DNA from: Podarcis muralis
Lineage: Eukaryota
Assembly (NCBI RefSeq): GCF_964188315.1
Contig: NC_135661.1
Location: forward strand, 58,466,001 to 58,530,000
Reading direction: 5' to 3'
DNA: 64,000 bases
In this document: positions 37,427 through 48,291 of the stretch, piece by piece
How positions within the stretch are numbered: the stretch's first letter is position 1
How the letters are laid out: every line of letters starts with the position of its first letter
Translations under genes and position numbers: made by a program
Notes under the pieces: model-generated
Database searches by the model: none
Told to the model about the DNA's origin: nothing
What the model saw: only the letters and a program-made list of their open reading frames with translations

Positions 37427-37889
37427 ACCTTGCCACTTGTTCCGATTCAGCAATAAACCATGGAAACCATATGGGGCAAACAGAGGTGTAGGTGACTTCA
37501 TGAACTCTGGTGTTTTGTGCCTAACATGTGAAACCACCAAGCCCGAAATCTAGAGAGAGTGTAATTAAATAAACATTTCAGTTTTATTCCAGAAGTGCCT
37601 CCTCATCCTTTGAAGCTCTGAGGATTGAGTGGACACTGGGCAGAAGTACAATACCTAGCTGCTGTTTGATCATAAATGCTATGACAAATAGCTATTCAAG
37701 ACCTCTTATGCATTAATAACAGGGAGTTTTTATCTATTAACTCAGAAAATTGGAAATTGGTCATGTTGCCCTGCTCTTATCTTCAGTGAGGGTCTCATTC
37801 AACAACCCTTCTGAGTGGAGATGGTTATTTCAGCCAGTATCCATACTTGATTTGAAATTGTTTTTATATTTGTAATTCTTTTAATATTA

Positions 37890-38420
37890 CTCTTTGAGTT
37901 GGTCCAGAGGGTGCAACTGGTGCAGAATGTGGCGGCTAGGTTGCTTGTAGCGGCGAAACTACCACCAACATATAGCAGCACCCTGCTTATCGGATTTGCA
38001 CTTGCTGCCAGTCTGTTACCAAACCAAGTTCAAACTGGGATACTAACATTTAAGTCCCCACATAGCTGAGAACCAGGTTACTTGAGAGGCTGCCTATTTT
38101 GCATCCAACAGGCCACCATGGTCTGCAGGAAAGTTTAACCTGCATGTTCCAAAAAACTCGGAAGCCCCTTCCACAGAAACTCGGAACAGGGCTTTTGTGT
38201 GGTTGACTGTTTTGTGGAAGAGCATACCTGTCCAGTTCTGCCAGGCAACCACTATCTGCACTTTCCAGAAACAACTTAAGGCATTTTTGTTCCGATGGGC
38301 TTTCCCTAGCTGGATAAATGTACTACGAGTCTTGTTTTAAATGTATTTGTTGTTCTTGTGCTTTTAAATATCTTATGTGTAAACTCACCTCGAGATGGTG
38401 GTTTAGAAGGCGATTAATTT
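37890..38420 (+). mobile_element. Old L2 LINE 3' fragment
   Basis: CAACTGGTGCAGAATGTGGCGGCTAGGTTG (QLVQN.AARL-like) ..TTCAAA..TTTAAG..GAACCAGGTTAC..ACTTAAGGCATTTTTGTT, then a TTAATT-type tail. Boundaries approximate. Confidence 0.6.
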
Positions 38421-38750
38421 ATTACTCATTATAATGTAAATGATTTTAACTATTTTTGTACATGCAGTTGTTTTAACTGTTTTACAGATTTTTTTATGGT
38501 ATTGTGACATTTATCCAAGATGCTTTAAAGGAAGTAATTCGTGATAGAAATAATATGATAGCTGCATTAGTATGTAATGAGAGTGTCTAATAACTATAAA
38601 GGAATTCCTTCTGGCTTGCTGGGTAGACTTCCATCCTCCCTTTGGCCCTATTAAGAAAAGCTGAGGGGCCTCAGTTGTCCCCAATCTGAGGCTATGTGCA
38701 TTATCTTGCTAGCATCTTAGAGGTTCACGATTATGGAGATATAATAACCA

Positions 38751-38780
38751 AAGCAAGCAAGCAAGCAAGCAAGCAAGCAA
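38751..38780. repeat. (AAGC)n microsatellite
   Basis: About 7 units, 37 bp left of the LTR element. Confidence 0.9.
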
Positions 38781-38817
38781 ACCTTTAAACCAATACACAG
38801 AAATATTTCCTTCCCAT

Positions 38818-39536
38818 TGTTACAGGAAAAATCTGAGGGCTCCCTTGGACAAAAATAAAACACCAACCAGAGCAAATTGAAGCAAATCAGCAGCCTGTAG
38901 GCCTGGTCTTTATTGAAGAAAGACTGTCGCGACAGGGTGCTCCCCTCACTCGCAGGTGAGAGGAAAGACCCAGAAAAATAGTGTGCAAGGTCTTATAAAA
39001 ACTTTTGAAATTCCCCTCCTCTAGGTCAAGCCCACCCCCCAGAAACATCATGCATATATTACAGAAAGGAGGGGTTGAGGGAGGAGTTGGTGGTAACCTG
39101 AGTATCTTGTCACCTGGCTGGTTCCTCCTTTCCCCCCTCCCCATGAGTCACTTCCAGGAGACAAAGGGGAGTTTGCAGTTTCCTGCCCCCTGAGGGAAGA
39201 TCTGATCATTGTCCTTTGTTTCAGTCCATGCTGAATCCACTCCCATATGCAAGTTCTTTGTGGTCTTGATTGTCTTCTGTCTGGGATCATCTGGGCAGGG
39301 CTCCTGCAGATGTGCTGAGACAGTGAAGGGATTTTGGCTGACCAGGGTCAAACCCCCCTCCCCTTTTGTTAGTTCTTGTCATATGGAGTAAAATAAAAAT
39401 GGAACAGTGCAAATCCAATGTATGGTTGATTTTCTATGAATTTATAACAGAAATGTGGCGTATGTAGTGTGTGAGTGTGTGTGTGTATGAAGTTTGTACA
39501 AGCAGAATGATTGGGGTGGGGGGGGTTCCTGCTACA
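38818..39536 (-). mobile_element. 3' LTR
   Basis: On the minus strand TGTAGCAG..TGTAACA; TATAAG at 38997-38992, AATAAA at 38914-38909, AP-1 TGAGTCA at 39144-39150. Confidence 0.92.
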
Positions 39537-39548
39537 GTTCCCCCCTTC
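39537..39548 (-). other. Polypurine tract
   Basis: Minus strand GAAGGGGGGAAC directly before the TG of the 3' LTR. Confidence 0.8.
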
Positions 39549-41602
39549 GGAGATAAGATTGCAAAGGTGGCTACTTTGCAATCCTTTTCTCCGCACAATT
39601 TAAGGTGGTAAATATTAACCTGCTATTCTCCATGTGTCCATGTGAACGTGAAAGGGACTTGGATGTCATGCTTCTTAAGGATATTTGCATAGAAATATAA
39701 TGGTGTAACAGTGCACATAGTTAGACGTAGGATATCATGTAAAATTAATATTTTGTTGCTCAGTTACTTGTGGCATTCTAGTACCTTGGAAGAGATATTT
39801 TCTCAATAGTGGCGTATGCTTTACATTTAGCAGGAAGGTCCACTAATGACTGAAAAATGCAGTTTGCTTTGTCCCCCGCCATTTTTGTGTTCTCAGGTGT
39901 CAAGGTAGCTCTTCTATGGTCTCACACCAGCATGGTGTCACAGCAGTGGCAATCCCTGGTGAATCCACTTAGGGCTTTCATATTAACCATGTTGTCTGGC
40001 ACTCACCACAGCTGGCACAGGTTTGGGCACGTCCTGAGGGAAATGTCTTCGCCTTGGCCAGTCTATGGGATTTTTTTATTATAGGCTGTGGTCTTGCACT
40101 CATGGGACGTTGCTCACTTGCACTTAAAGGACCAAAAGCTAATTGCAGCCTGGATACACTTGCCCAATTCAAACTGAGTCCAATTTGAATTTATCTTGCC
40201 CCATGGTTCTCAACTTTTCAAACCAATCTGTTAAACCCATTCTTAAAGGGCACTTGTCCAAATAAGTCAATTTAACTCTATAAGGGATTATTCCTACTAA
40301 ACCAAAGCATATCCACCTTCATGTATCTTAGAAGCTTCTCATTAGTAAAGCGAGTTTTAGCACATTTTTTAAATGGGTAGGGAAGGTTGGCATAGTGCCA
40401 GGTAGAACAACGAAATATGGTTATAAATTTATCTAATTCTAAACATTGGACTACATAATAGCCTGGTCTCTTAAAAGGCATAAAATGTTTGAGAATCCTC
40501 CACTGGGTTGTAAGGAATAAGACATTAAACATAAAAACAATTATACAGAAAAATAGGCCCAAAAATAGCCCCCCCCCTTTGTGGAAATCACACTGTCAGA
40601 CACATTTCAACATTCCTACATAATAACATATAATACAAAACAAACTAATTAAATATCAGTTGCATATCTTGACACAATTGTGATCTTTTACGTATGTATC
40701 TTTTGAATCCTGGAGCACAGAGGCTTGAGTTTCAAAAGTGAGAAAATGTCCTTGCAATTCAACTCCTCCCCCCTTTGTCAGCCCCACTTCCCCTTTGAAA
40801 GAAATTGCTGTGGCCACTTTGAGAACTTTGGCGTCTGTCGTTGCTGCTGCAGGTAATAGTCTTGTGGTGGCGAAGCTTTTCCTTGGATCTGTAGTAGCAC
40901 ATCTGTAGAAGTGATATCCTGTAAGGGGCAGGGTTTTGGAGACTTAAAAGACAAGAGTTAGAAAAGAAGGGGCAAACACTTTGTTAATGGGGTTCACATA
41001 TCCTGTTAAAAGGGGAAATTATTTCATGTGAGAAGTCTGTCAGGAAATGCTGTTCCTAAAATGCATAGGCATATACACACACACACACAAAAACTGTTAT
41101 AAAATTTAAATCCCATTGGGGAGGCAAACTACTCAAGAGAGGAACTCACAGTGGGAGTGCTTTGATATTTACCTGTGAAAAGAAATCAGCATGTCAAGAC
41201 CTGAAACCTGGCAACCTCTTGACCCTTGATGGTCCAGTACCCAACCCCTTTGTCTTAATTAGCCCCTAGAGCAAAAGACACATCAAGGATGATCTCCCCC
41301 AATGGTTCCAAGTTCTTTTCATAAGGAAATTTGGATAAGCTTCTCCCTGCAGGCAAGCTCTCAAAACCTCCTCTCTCCACCCTACAGTTCCCCCTCCTTC
41401 CTCTCTCTCTCTCTCTCTTTTTTTGACTGATCTAGCCTCTGTGTATGTGCAGAGTTCATGTCTCAGCAAACCTTTTATACTATTGAAAATGTTGCATCCT
41501 TTGGCTAAATTACCATTTGAATAAGGGAAGGAAAAGGGTAAGGAGTAGATTTTAAAAATAGGGTTAGATTTTAAAACAAAAAGGGGAAACTCAGCAATTC
41601 AA

Positions 41603-41760
41603 GTATTCACCAAAGCTAGCAATTGCAGCCCAAGCAAAGGACTGCTTCCTTTATGTACAGGAAAGGGCTAATATCCCTCTGGTATTCACCAAAGCTAGCA
41701 ATTGCAGCCCAAGCAAAGGACTGCTTCCTTTATGTACAGGAAAGGGCTAATATCCCTCTG
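41603..41760. repeat. Perfect 79-bp tandem duplication inside the LTR element
   Basis: GTATTCACCAAAGCTAGC..GCTAATATCCCTCTG twice (41603-41681, 41682-41760). Confidence 0.93.
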
Positions 41761-43900
41761 GCTATTCGTGGAACAATGCCACGCCCTTATATATGGGGGA
41801 AATGGCCAGAGAGTCAGAATTCATAGGATTTTATTAATATTATTATTATTATTTTAAATATTCTCAGTCATTTCAGCCACACCATTTGCAGACAAATTTT
41901 TTCCTGCCCTTTATTTACAGGATTGGTCAAGGCCCCCATATGTATTTGTATGTGCTTAAACTTTGAATTGACTCTGAAGTCTGATCCCCCCCCCAATGAT
42001 AAACACTGTAATCAGCTTGATATTACCAGTTGTGCTTCAAAACATCACAGCTTCACCTCTCACCTTTTAAGACTAAAGAGCAAAACTAGGCTGAATTTCA
42101 ACTCCATCAGCACGCCAGAATTTAAGAATTACCCTCCAATGCTTGCAGACACATGTTCCTTCCACACAGCCACAAATTGGGAGAGTTGAAAGAGACCCTG
42201 GGGTCATCTAGTCCAACCCTCCAAATATAGAGTTCACAGCAAGATTCCACAGCAGGATTTGTACTATCAAAGAGACATACACATTTAAGTACAGGTTTAC
42301 AACTGGGAAAGGAAACATCTATGCTCCTATCATGTACTAAGGAAGAGGAAAATAAAAGTACCCAACTTTACACAGAACCCCTTTTAGCAGATCTTGAGAT
42401 AGTTTGAGTGAGTTTGCTTCCTTAGACTAAAGAATGCAAGTTCTTAGAGAAATTATCTTTAAAGGAAGATTGAAGTGAACATTTTTCCTAAGATAGGGAG
42501 AGGATCTCTTATAAAGCAAAGTTAATTCAATCGATATAACCACTCACAAATAATTAAAACAGCCATAGATTTGATTTAAAGGGAACACAAAAGTGAATAG
42601 GAAAGTGAGATGCAGGGTACCTTGGGAAAGATTGCTCCCCCCCTCTTTGCAGTTTCCTTTAAAGGAAGCTTACTCGGGAGTAAATTTACCTGGCACAGAA
42701 GTAAGAAGGGAGGAAAAAACTGAAACAGATAGAATGAAACAAGGGGGGGCATTTTCTGAGAAAAGAGGCCAAGAAGTCTTATAGAGACTGATATTTGGAC
42801 TGGACTCATAGAATTTTGCTAGCCATGGAAGCCTCTACATTTAATAACAATTTTCTTAGAAAGAACACCATCCTTTCATAGGCATGTGCTTAATGAAATA
42901 CATACACTGCATTTTAGCTTGAGAGAGCAGTTGGCTCAACTAGGCTTTTGCAGCAGAAACATTAGGTTTTTTTCACAGCACATTTCAAAATACTGAAACA
43001 AAAGACTGGAACACGGATGTAGACTCACAAACTCAAAAGTTACAACAAAACATCATTTACCACTAGACTTAAAATCACCCTCCTCTTTTAAACTAGTGGA
43101 AGGAGGGGAGGTAATCCTCCTTTCAGAACACAGGTAGCATGTATACAGGATTTTACCACTTGGGAGGAAAACTCTTTTTTTTAGAGCTTTTCTCAAATAA
43201 CAAACATTTGCACACTTCATATGTAAATACAAACCCTTGGAATATTTCTAAATCCTTGAGATCATCTCTTATTCATTTATTATTATTATTTTATTAACTA
43301 AGATCTCTAATGCGTGGGCTCTCAGGCTGGGCTGTTATTATATCTACTGCCTTCTGAGCACCATTAAGTTTTCATTTTATGTTCTAGCTTTAGGTCATAG
43401 TTTAACAACACAAATTTGATGTTTTCAGCTCTCCCTATGGGTTCACACCCTGATTTTGTTGAAGGATCCCTGAGGTGGCTGCTGTGCCCTGGGTTCCAGG
43501 TGGTGAGCCTAAGCCACCCACTAAAAGTTACAACGGTCTCATACTTTGTACTTGAAAGACCATATTGCCCCTTTTTTATTTTTATTTTTTCCCCAATTGG
43601 AGATGACAAGCTGGAGGGGCATATTAGAATCCTCTCTGGGGCAAAAAGGCTTCATGGAAGCTTTGTTGCCAGGAGGAGTCCAGCTAGGGTGTTTAGTGAG
43701 CTCCCATTCTCTCATATGTTATTATTGGGCTTTTTTTCCGTTAACGAAGTACACTAAAGACAGAAAGAGTGGAAACACACACACAAGGGAGGAGGACAAT
43801 GGGAAGAAAGATTCTTTCAGTATTTGGAGTATCCTTGACTTAACACAATCCCTACTTATTTCTTGACCACAAATTATTTGCTGAAAACGTCAAGCCTGAA

Positions 43901-44051
43901 CGGAAACCTAAACCACGGGTCTCTGCCCGGAAACCTTAACCACGGGTCTCTGCCCGGAAACCTTAACCACGGGTCTCTGCCCGGAAACCTTAACCACGGG
44001 TCTCTGCCCGGAAACCTTAACCACGGATCTCTGCCCGGAAACCTAAACCAC
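43901..44051. repeat. 27-bp minisatellite (about 5.6 units)
   Basis: Unit CGGAAACCTTAACCACGGGTCTCTGCC; it explains the GNLNHGSLP and WLRFPGRDP repeats in the ORF track. Confidence 0.95.
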
Positions 44052-44315
44052 AGCACTGTTTTTTTCAAGACTAACCCTAGTGTGGGGCCCCAATTGTGAA
44101 CCTCCCCTCTACCTTCCACAACAGCCTCCTGCCTAGCCTTTGGACTAAGTTCAGATTCCTTACTGAACGCCTGCGCAGTGCAGTGCCAGATCAGGACCCG
44201 AGAAAACAAAGTTTTGAAAGGAAACAAATGACCTTGCGTTCTCACGTACCCGGGTCATCCCTAACGAAGGTCGCCGGGCAGGAGGGGCAGCTTCATTTGC
44301 ATAAACAGGGAAAGC

Positions 44316-44564
44316 AGAGAGAGGTTTGTAGGGACGCCCCTGGACGACTCCGAAAAAGGACGTCAGAGAAACAATAAGCACCACGTTCTCCTGGCCACAC
44401 TCCGAGAGGAAAACGGGGGAGAAAAAGGAGAGAGAGATTTGTAGGGGACGCCTCTGGCAGACTCCGAAAAACGACGTCAGAAAAACAATAAACACCACGT
44501 TTTCCTGGCCACACTCCGAGAGGAAAACGGAGAGAGAGAGAAAAGGAGATTCAGGATTTGTAGG
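44316..44564. repeat. Imperfect 113-119-bp tandem repeat (2 units plus a partial third)
   Basis: TTTGTAGG recurs at 44325, 44438 and 44557; units share GACTCCGAAAAA.GACGTCAG..CACCACGTT.TCCTGGCCACACTCCGAGAGGAAAACGG. Confidence 0.85.
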
Positions 44565-44868
44565 TGTAACGTTGGAAATAAAGGAGAAAAGTCCGGCTGT
44601 TGTGGAGACGTTACTTTCCACCCCCCTCCCAATGTATTTTCTTCAGAACCATACTCACGTTCGAAGATGTCCCCCGTGGATCCCAGGATCCTTTCCCCTT
44701 AGCCGGCTTGACCTTGCCTTTGCTTCCTCTAGTTGGGCTTTTGGTGACGATTGATTACCGCCCGCAAAGAGGAGGCAGGGAGAGGAAGAAGGATCCCGGG
44801 GCTAAGGTTGCCCAGTGGCGCCCGATCCCCTCTATCTCCCTCCTCACCTTTGCAGGAGAACCAAGTGT

Positions 44869-44886
44869 CCCTGAGAATGGTCGCCA
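44869..44886 (-). other. Primer-binding site, tRNA-Arg-like
   Basis: Minus strand TGGCGACCATTCTCAGGG begins 2 nt after the 5' LTR. TGGCGACCA..AGGGAC resembles the complement of the tRNA-Arg(UCG/CCG) 3' end as I recall it (imperfect match). Confidence 0.65.
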
Positions 44887-44888
44887 AC

Positions 44889-45607
44889 TGTTACAGGAAA
44901 AATCTGAGGGCTCCCTTGGACAAAAATAAAACACCAACCAGAGCAAATTGAAGCAAATCAGCAGCCTGTAGGCCTGGTCTTTATTGAAGAAAGACTGTCG
45001 TGACAGGGTGCTCCCCTCACTCGCAGGTGAGAGGAAAGACCCAGAAAAATAGTGTGCAAGGTCTTATAAAAACTTTTGAAATTCCCCTCCTCTAGGTCAA
45101 GCCCACCCCCCAGAAACATCATGCATATATTACAGAAAGGAGGGGTTGAGGGAGGAGTTGGTGGTAACCTGAGTATCTTGTCACCTGGCTGGTTCCTCCT
45201 TTCCCCCCTCCCCATGAGTCACTTCCAGGAGACAAAGGGGAGTTTGCAGTTTCCTGCCCCCTGAGGGAAGATGTGATCATTGTCCTTTGTTTCAGTCCAT
45301 GCTGAATCCACTCCCATATGCAAGTTCTTGGTGATTTTGATTGTCTTCTGTCTGGGATCATCTGGGCAGGGCTCCTGCAGATGTGCTGAGACAGTGAAGG
45401 GATTTTGGCTGACCAGGGTCAAACCCCCCTCCCCTTTTGTTAGTTCTTGTCATATGGAGTAAAATAAAAATGGAACAGTGCAAATCCAATGTATGGTTGA
45501 TTTTCTATGAATTTATAACAGAAATGTGGCGTATGTAGTGTGTGAGTGTGTGTGTGTATGAAGTTTGTACAAGCAGAATGATTGGGGTGGGGGGGGTTCC
45601 TGCTACA
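44889..45607 (-). mobile_element. 5' LTR
   Basis: Matches the 3' LTR at offset 6071 except 5 substitutions found by eye (45001, 45273, 45330, 45334, 45336). Confidence 0.92.
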
Positions 45608-45611
45608 CCAT

Positions 45612-45915
45612 TGACACCTAACCCACCCCGCGCCCGCTTTATCACAGCGCCTCAAGATGAGGGAACTACAATCCCCATCAGGCCATAGGCACGGGGCATG
45701 CTCTGTGGGAGGAGAAGGGTAGGGGGCGATGAAACCGCCGCACAGGCGCAGCTGAACTTGCTGTGCTAGCTCCGCCTTCTTTCGCTCGCGGCTGAAGCTG
45801 CGATTGGCGGCTGGCGATGCTCGGGGAGTTTGGGCGGCTCCTGCGAAGCGTGTGTCTATGTATGTGTGTGTGTCAGGCTAGGTAGAGCCGTGCAAGGCAA
45901 GGGACCGGCTAGAAG
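45612..45915 (+). promoter_or_regulatory. ZBTB8B: ZBTB8B CpG-rich promoter and probable non-coding exon 1
   Basis: ZNF143/THAP11-type ACTACAATCCCCA at 45665-45677, ATTGG (CCAAT box) at 45803-45807, CpG-rich, donor AAG|GTGAGC at 45916. Coding exon follows at 50464. Confidence 0.65.
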
Positions 45916-46938
45916 GTGAGCAGCACAGGGAGAATGGAAGCGGCTGCTACTGCGGTTTTTGGTGTCGCTGCTCCGCCTTTGCATTGAGGGGGAAGAGGAG
46001 GAAGCCTTTCCTGGCTAGCCGTGCGTGAGCATAGGTGGGCGCTGCCAGAAAGGGCCACTGCCCTTCTCCTTCTCCGGAGACTGCTGGACCTGGGTGGTAC
46101 CCGCCTCTTCTCCCCCCTCCCATTCCCCCCCCATTACAGGCTTAATGTGGGGGGGGGGGAGTATTGGCCCAAGAAGCCTATCCTCAGCTTCTCCTGTACC
46201 TGTGATATTTCATCTTCTGTAGAAATCAGTAGGAGGTGAAGGCTGTAATAACAGAGAGAGAAACCTTTTTGTCACCTGTGAGCGTCTGTGTGTCTCCAGG
46301 CAAAGGTGCTGTTTGCTGGGGTAACGGAGCAAAAAAGGGGTGGGGAAAGTTGGCAGTGCTAGAAAGACGTTGGAGCCAGCTTTGTATGAGAATTGCACCT
46401 TTCCTCCTTGTCCTTGTAGTTCTGGGAGAGAGGTAGTGGAAGCACCCGGTACCCTGGCTGCTCTTACGTCCTATGCTCCAAGGTTGAGATCTTATATCGA
46501 AAACAGTTGCCAGGGCTGAGTCTTGAATGACGCTGAAGAGGGTGCTTTCGTGTGTGTCTTTGGGACTTGCCTGCTTAAAAGGAGACCCGCTGGGGCTGAG
46601 TCTCTGTGGCAAGCATGTGTGCGGTGACCTGGAATTTCCCACTGAAGGCAGATTCTGGGTGCTCAGTAGGGAAGGGCAATCTGTACAAGCTCAGAGGCAC
46701 TGTCCCTATTGCTTAGTGGCACTGGACCAATTTGAGACATTTGAAGTGGGAGCTGGATGGCACTTATTTTGCAGGTTGAAAGATCCAGCCTCAAAGTGCT
46801 GGACTTGGTGTCCCTGAGCTTTACAGAGCTGTGATCTTGTGTTGCCTATGAAGGGAATTCTCCAGTGCTAAATTTCTAGGAACAAATATGTGTGGGCAGC
46901 TTGTGGGTACCTTGATGGTAAGGGGAATGCACTCTGTA

Positions 46939-47163
46939 CGGTGGTACCTCAGGTTAAGTACTTAATTCGTTCCGGAGGTCCGTTCTTAACCTGAAACTGT
47001 TCTTAACCTGAAGACCACTTTAGTTAATGGGGCCTCCTGCTGCCGCCGCGCTGCCAGAGCACGATTTCTGTTCTTATCCTGAAGCAAAGTTCTTAACCTG
47101 AGGTACTATTTCTGGGTTAGCGGAGTCTGTAACCTGAAGCGTATGTAACCCGAGGTACCACTG
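46939..47163. mobile_element. Tc1/Mariner MITE (same family as 5594-5837)
   Basis: TA|CGGTGGTACC ... GGTACCACTG|TA. Confidence 0.85.
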
Positions 47164-47335
47164 TACATGCTTTGGGGCTCTTTATTTTACTTCTTTTAAG
47201 TCCTTGCATTTCCAAAAGTGTGTTCTGTATTCATCATTTTGGTTTGGTCTGTGGCTGTATTGGCATTTTTCGTAAAAGGGTCCCATTCCATCCCCTCACT
47301 GTTTGCACACAGTGAGGGTGGGACAGAGGATAGTG

Positions 47336-47471
47336 TAGGCATAGGCAAACTTGGCCCTCCAGATGTTTTGGGACTACAACTCCCACCATCCCTAGCTAAC
47401 AGGACCCGTGGTCAGGGATGATGGGAATTGTAGGCTCAAAACATCTGGAGGGCCAAGTTTGCCTATGCCTG
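47336..47471. mobile_element. Young hAT MITE
   Basis: About 35-bp TIRs TAGGCATAGGCAAACTTGGCCCTCCAGATGTTTTG and its complement; perfect 8-bp TSD GGATAGTG (47328-47335, 47472-47479). Confidence 0.92.
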
Positions 47472-48291
47472 GGATAGTGTGATAAGTTTGGTCCCCTGGA
47501 TTGTCAAGGCTACCTTCTTGCCAACACATGTTGCAGTCCCCGCTTATACTTGCATGCTCTCAAATTTAGAAGAAAATGAGATCTTATTCTATGTACTGAC
47601 TTTGTTGGCATCCATTTGTCTCAAGGGACAAAGGAGTGCTCCTCCAGGAGTGAAGTCAAACCACTGTGTTTGCAGCACTTAAATGACCTCCCTGGGGCGC
47701 AAGCCTGGGTAATGTGTATGGAGGACCTGGGAAGCCCAGACAACAATAAGCCCTCCACCTCTGAGCATAACTGATGTCCAGAGGAAAACAATTGGCACCA
47801 GCCTGGTTGCAGGACTTGCCAGAAGGAGGCATATAAGGTGCCATCCAACTTAGGGACAGATCTCTGGATTTGTGTAGGGTTTAATCCTTCTCCCAAAAAT
47901 ATCCTGCAAGGCAGTGGAGGCTTAGGATCAGAATTTCCTTCTCCCATCTGTCCCTGGCTTCCCTCTACAGCTTATGCAGAAACCACCTTCTTGACTGTTG
48001 GACCCAGTATTGGATTTGTTTGCTCAATCCTCCAGAGCCTGTCTTCACATGCAGGGAAGTCCCTAACTCAGGGAGGGTTTGAGGCCCATCAGCTACCATC
48101 ACCTGGTTTAGCTGGCCAGTGGAAGCTGTTCCCAGGTAGTGGCTGTTGTCACATGCTGACAGTTTCTAGGAGCTATATCTGAGAGCTGAGTTCAGGGTAG
48201 GGACTAAAGGTGGACAAATCACCCTAGAAAAGCATGATGTGTCCCCAAGCTGAAGTATTGCCCCACCCCTAATATCCCATAGACCCCTGTA

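Larger units (their letters stand above)
38818..45607 (-). mobile_element. Non-autonomous LTR retroelement / ERV-like provirus, 6790 bp
   Basis: Two 719-bp direct repeats with TG..CA ends and a 4-bp TSD CCAT (38814-38817, 45608-45611). PBS and PPT lie on the minus strand. No internal ORF over 153 aa and no gag/pol/env motif recognised. Confidence 0.92.

Noticed and set aside
43600-43720. Possible gag start (minus ATG GGA GCT, MGA..)
   Set aside because: Immediate stops and no matrix, capsid or zinc-knuckle motif downstream.
43901-44051. 27-bp array as a CRISPR-like or coding repeat
   Set aside because: No spacers, vertebrate context, and open frames follow trivially from a unit length divisible by 3.
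44330-44460. MLV-type GACG tetraloop packaging hairpins
   Set aside because: The GGGACGCCC hairpin is on the strand opposite to the element RNA; sense-strand GACG is not in a closable stem.
38818-45607. Plus-strand orientation of the LTR element (TATAAAA then AATAAA and GT-rich tract on +)
   Set aside because: PBS and PPT are both correctly placed only on the minus strand.
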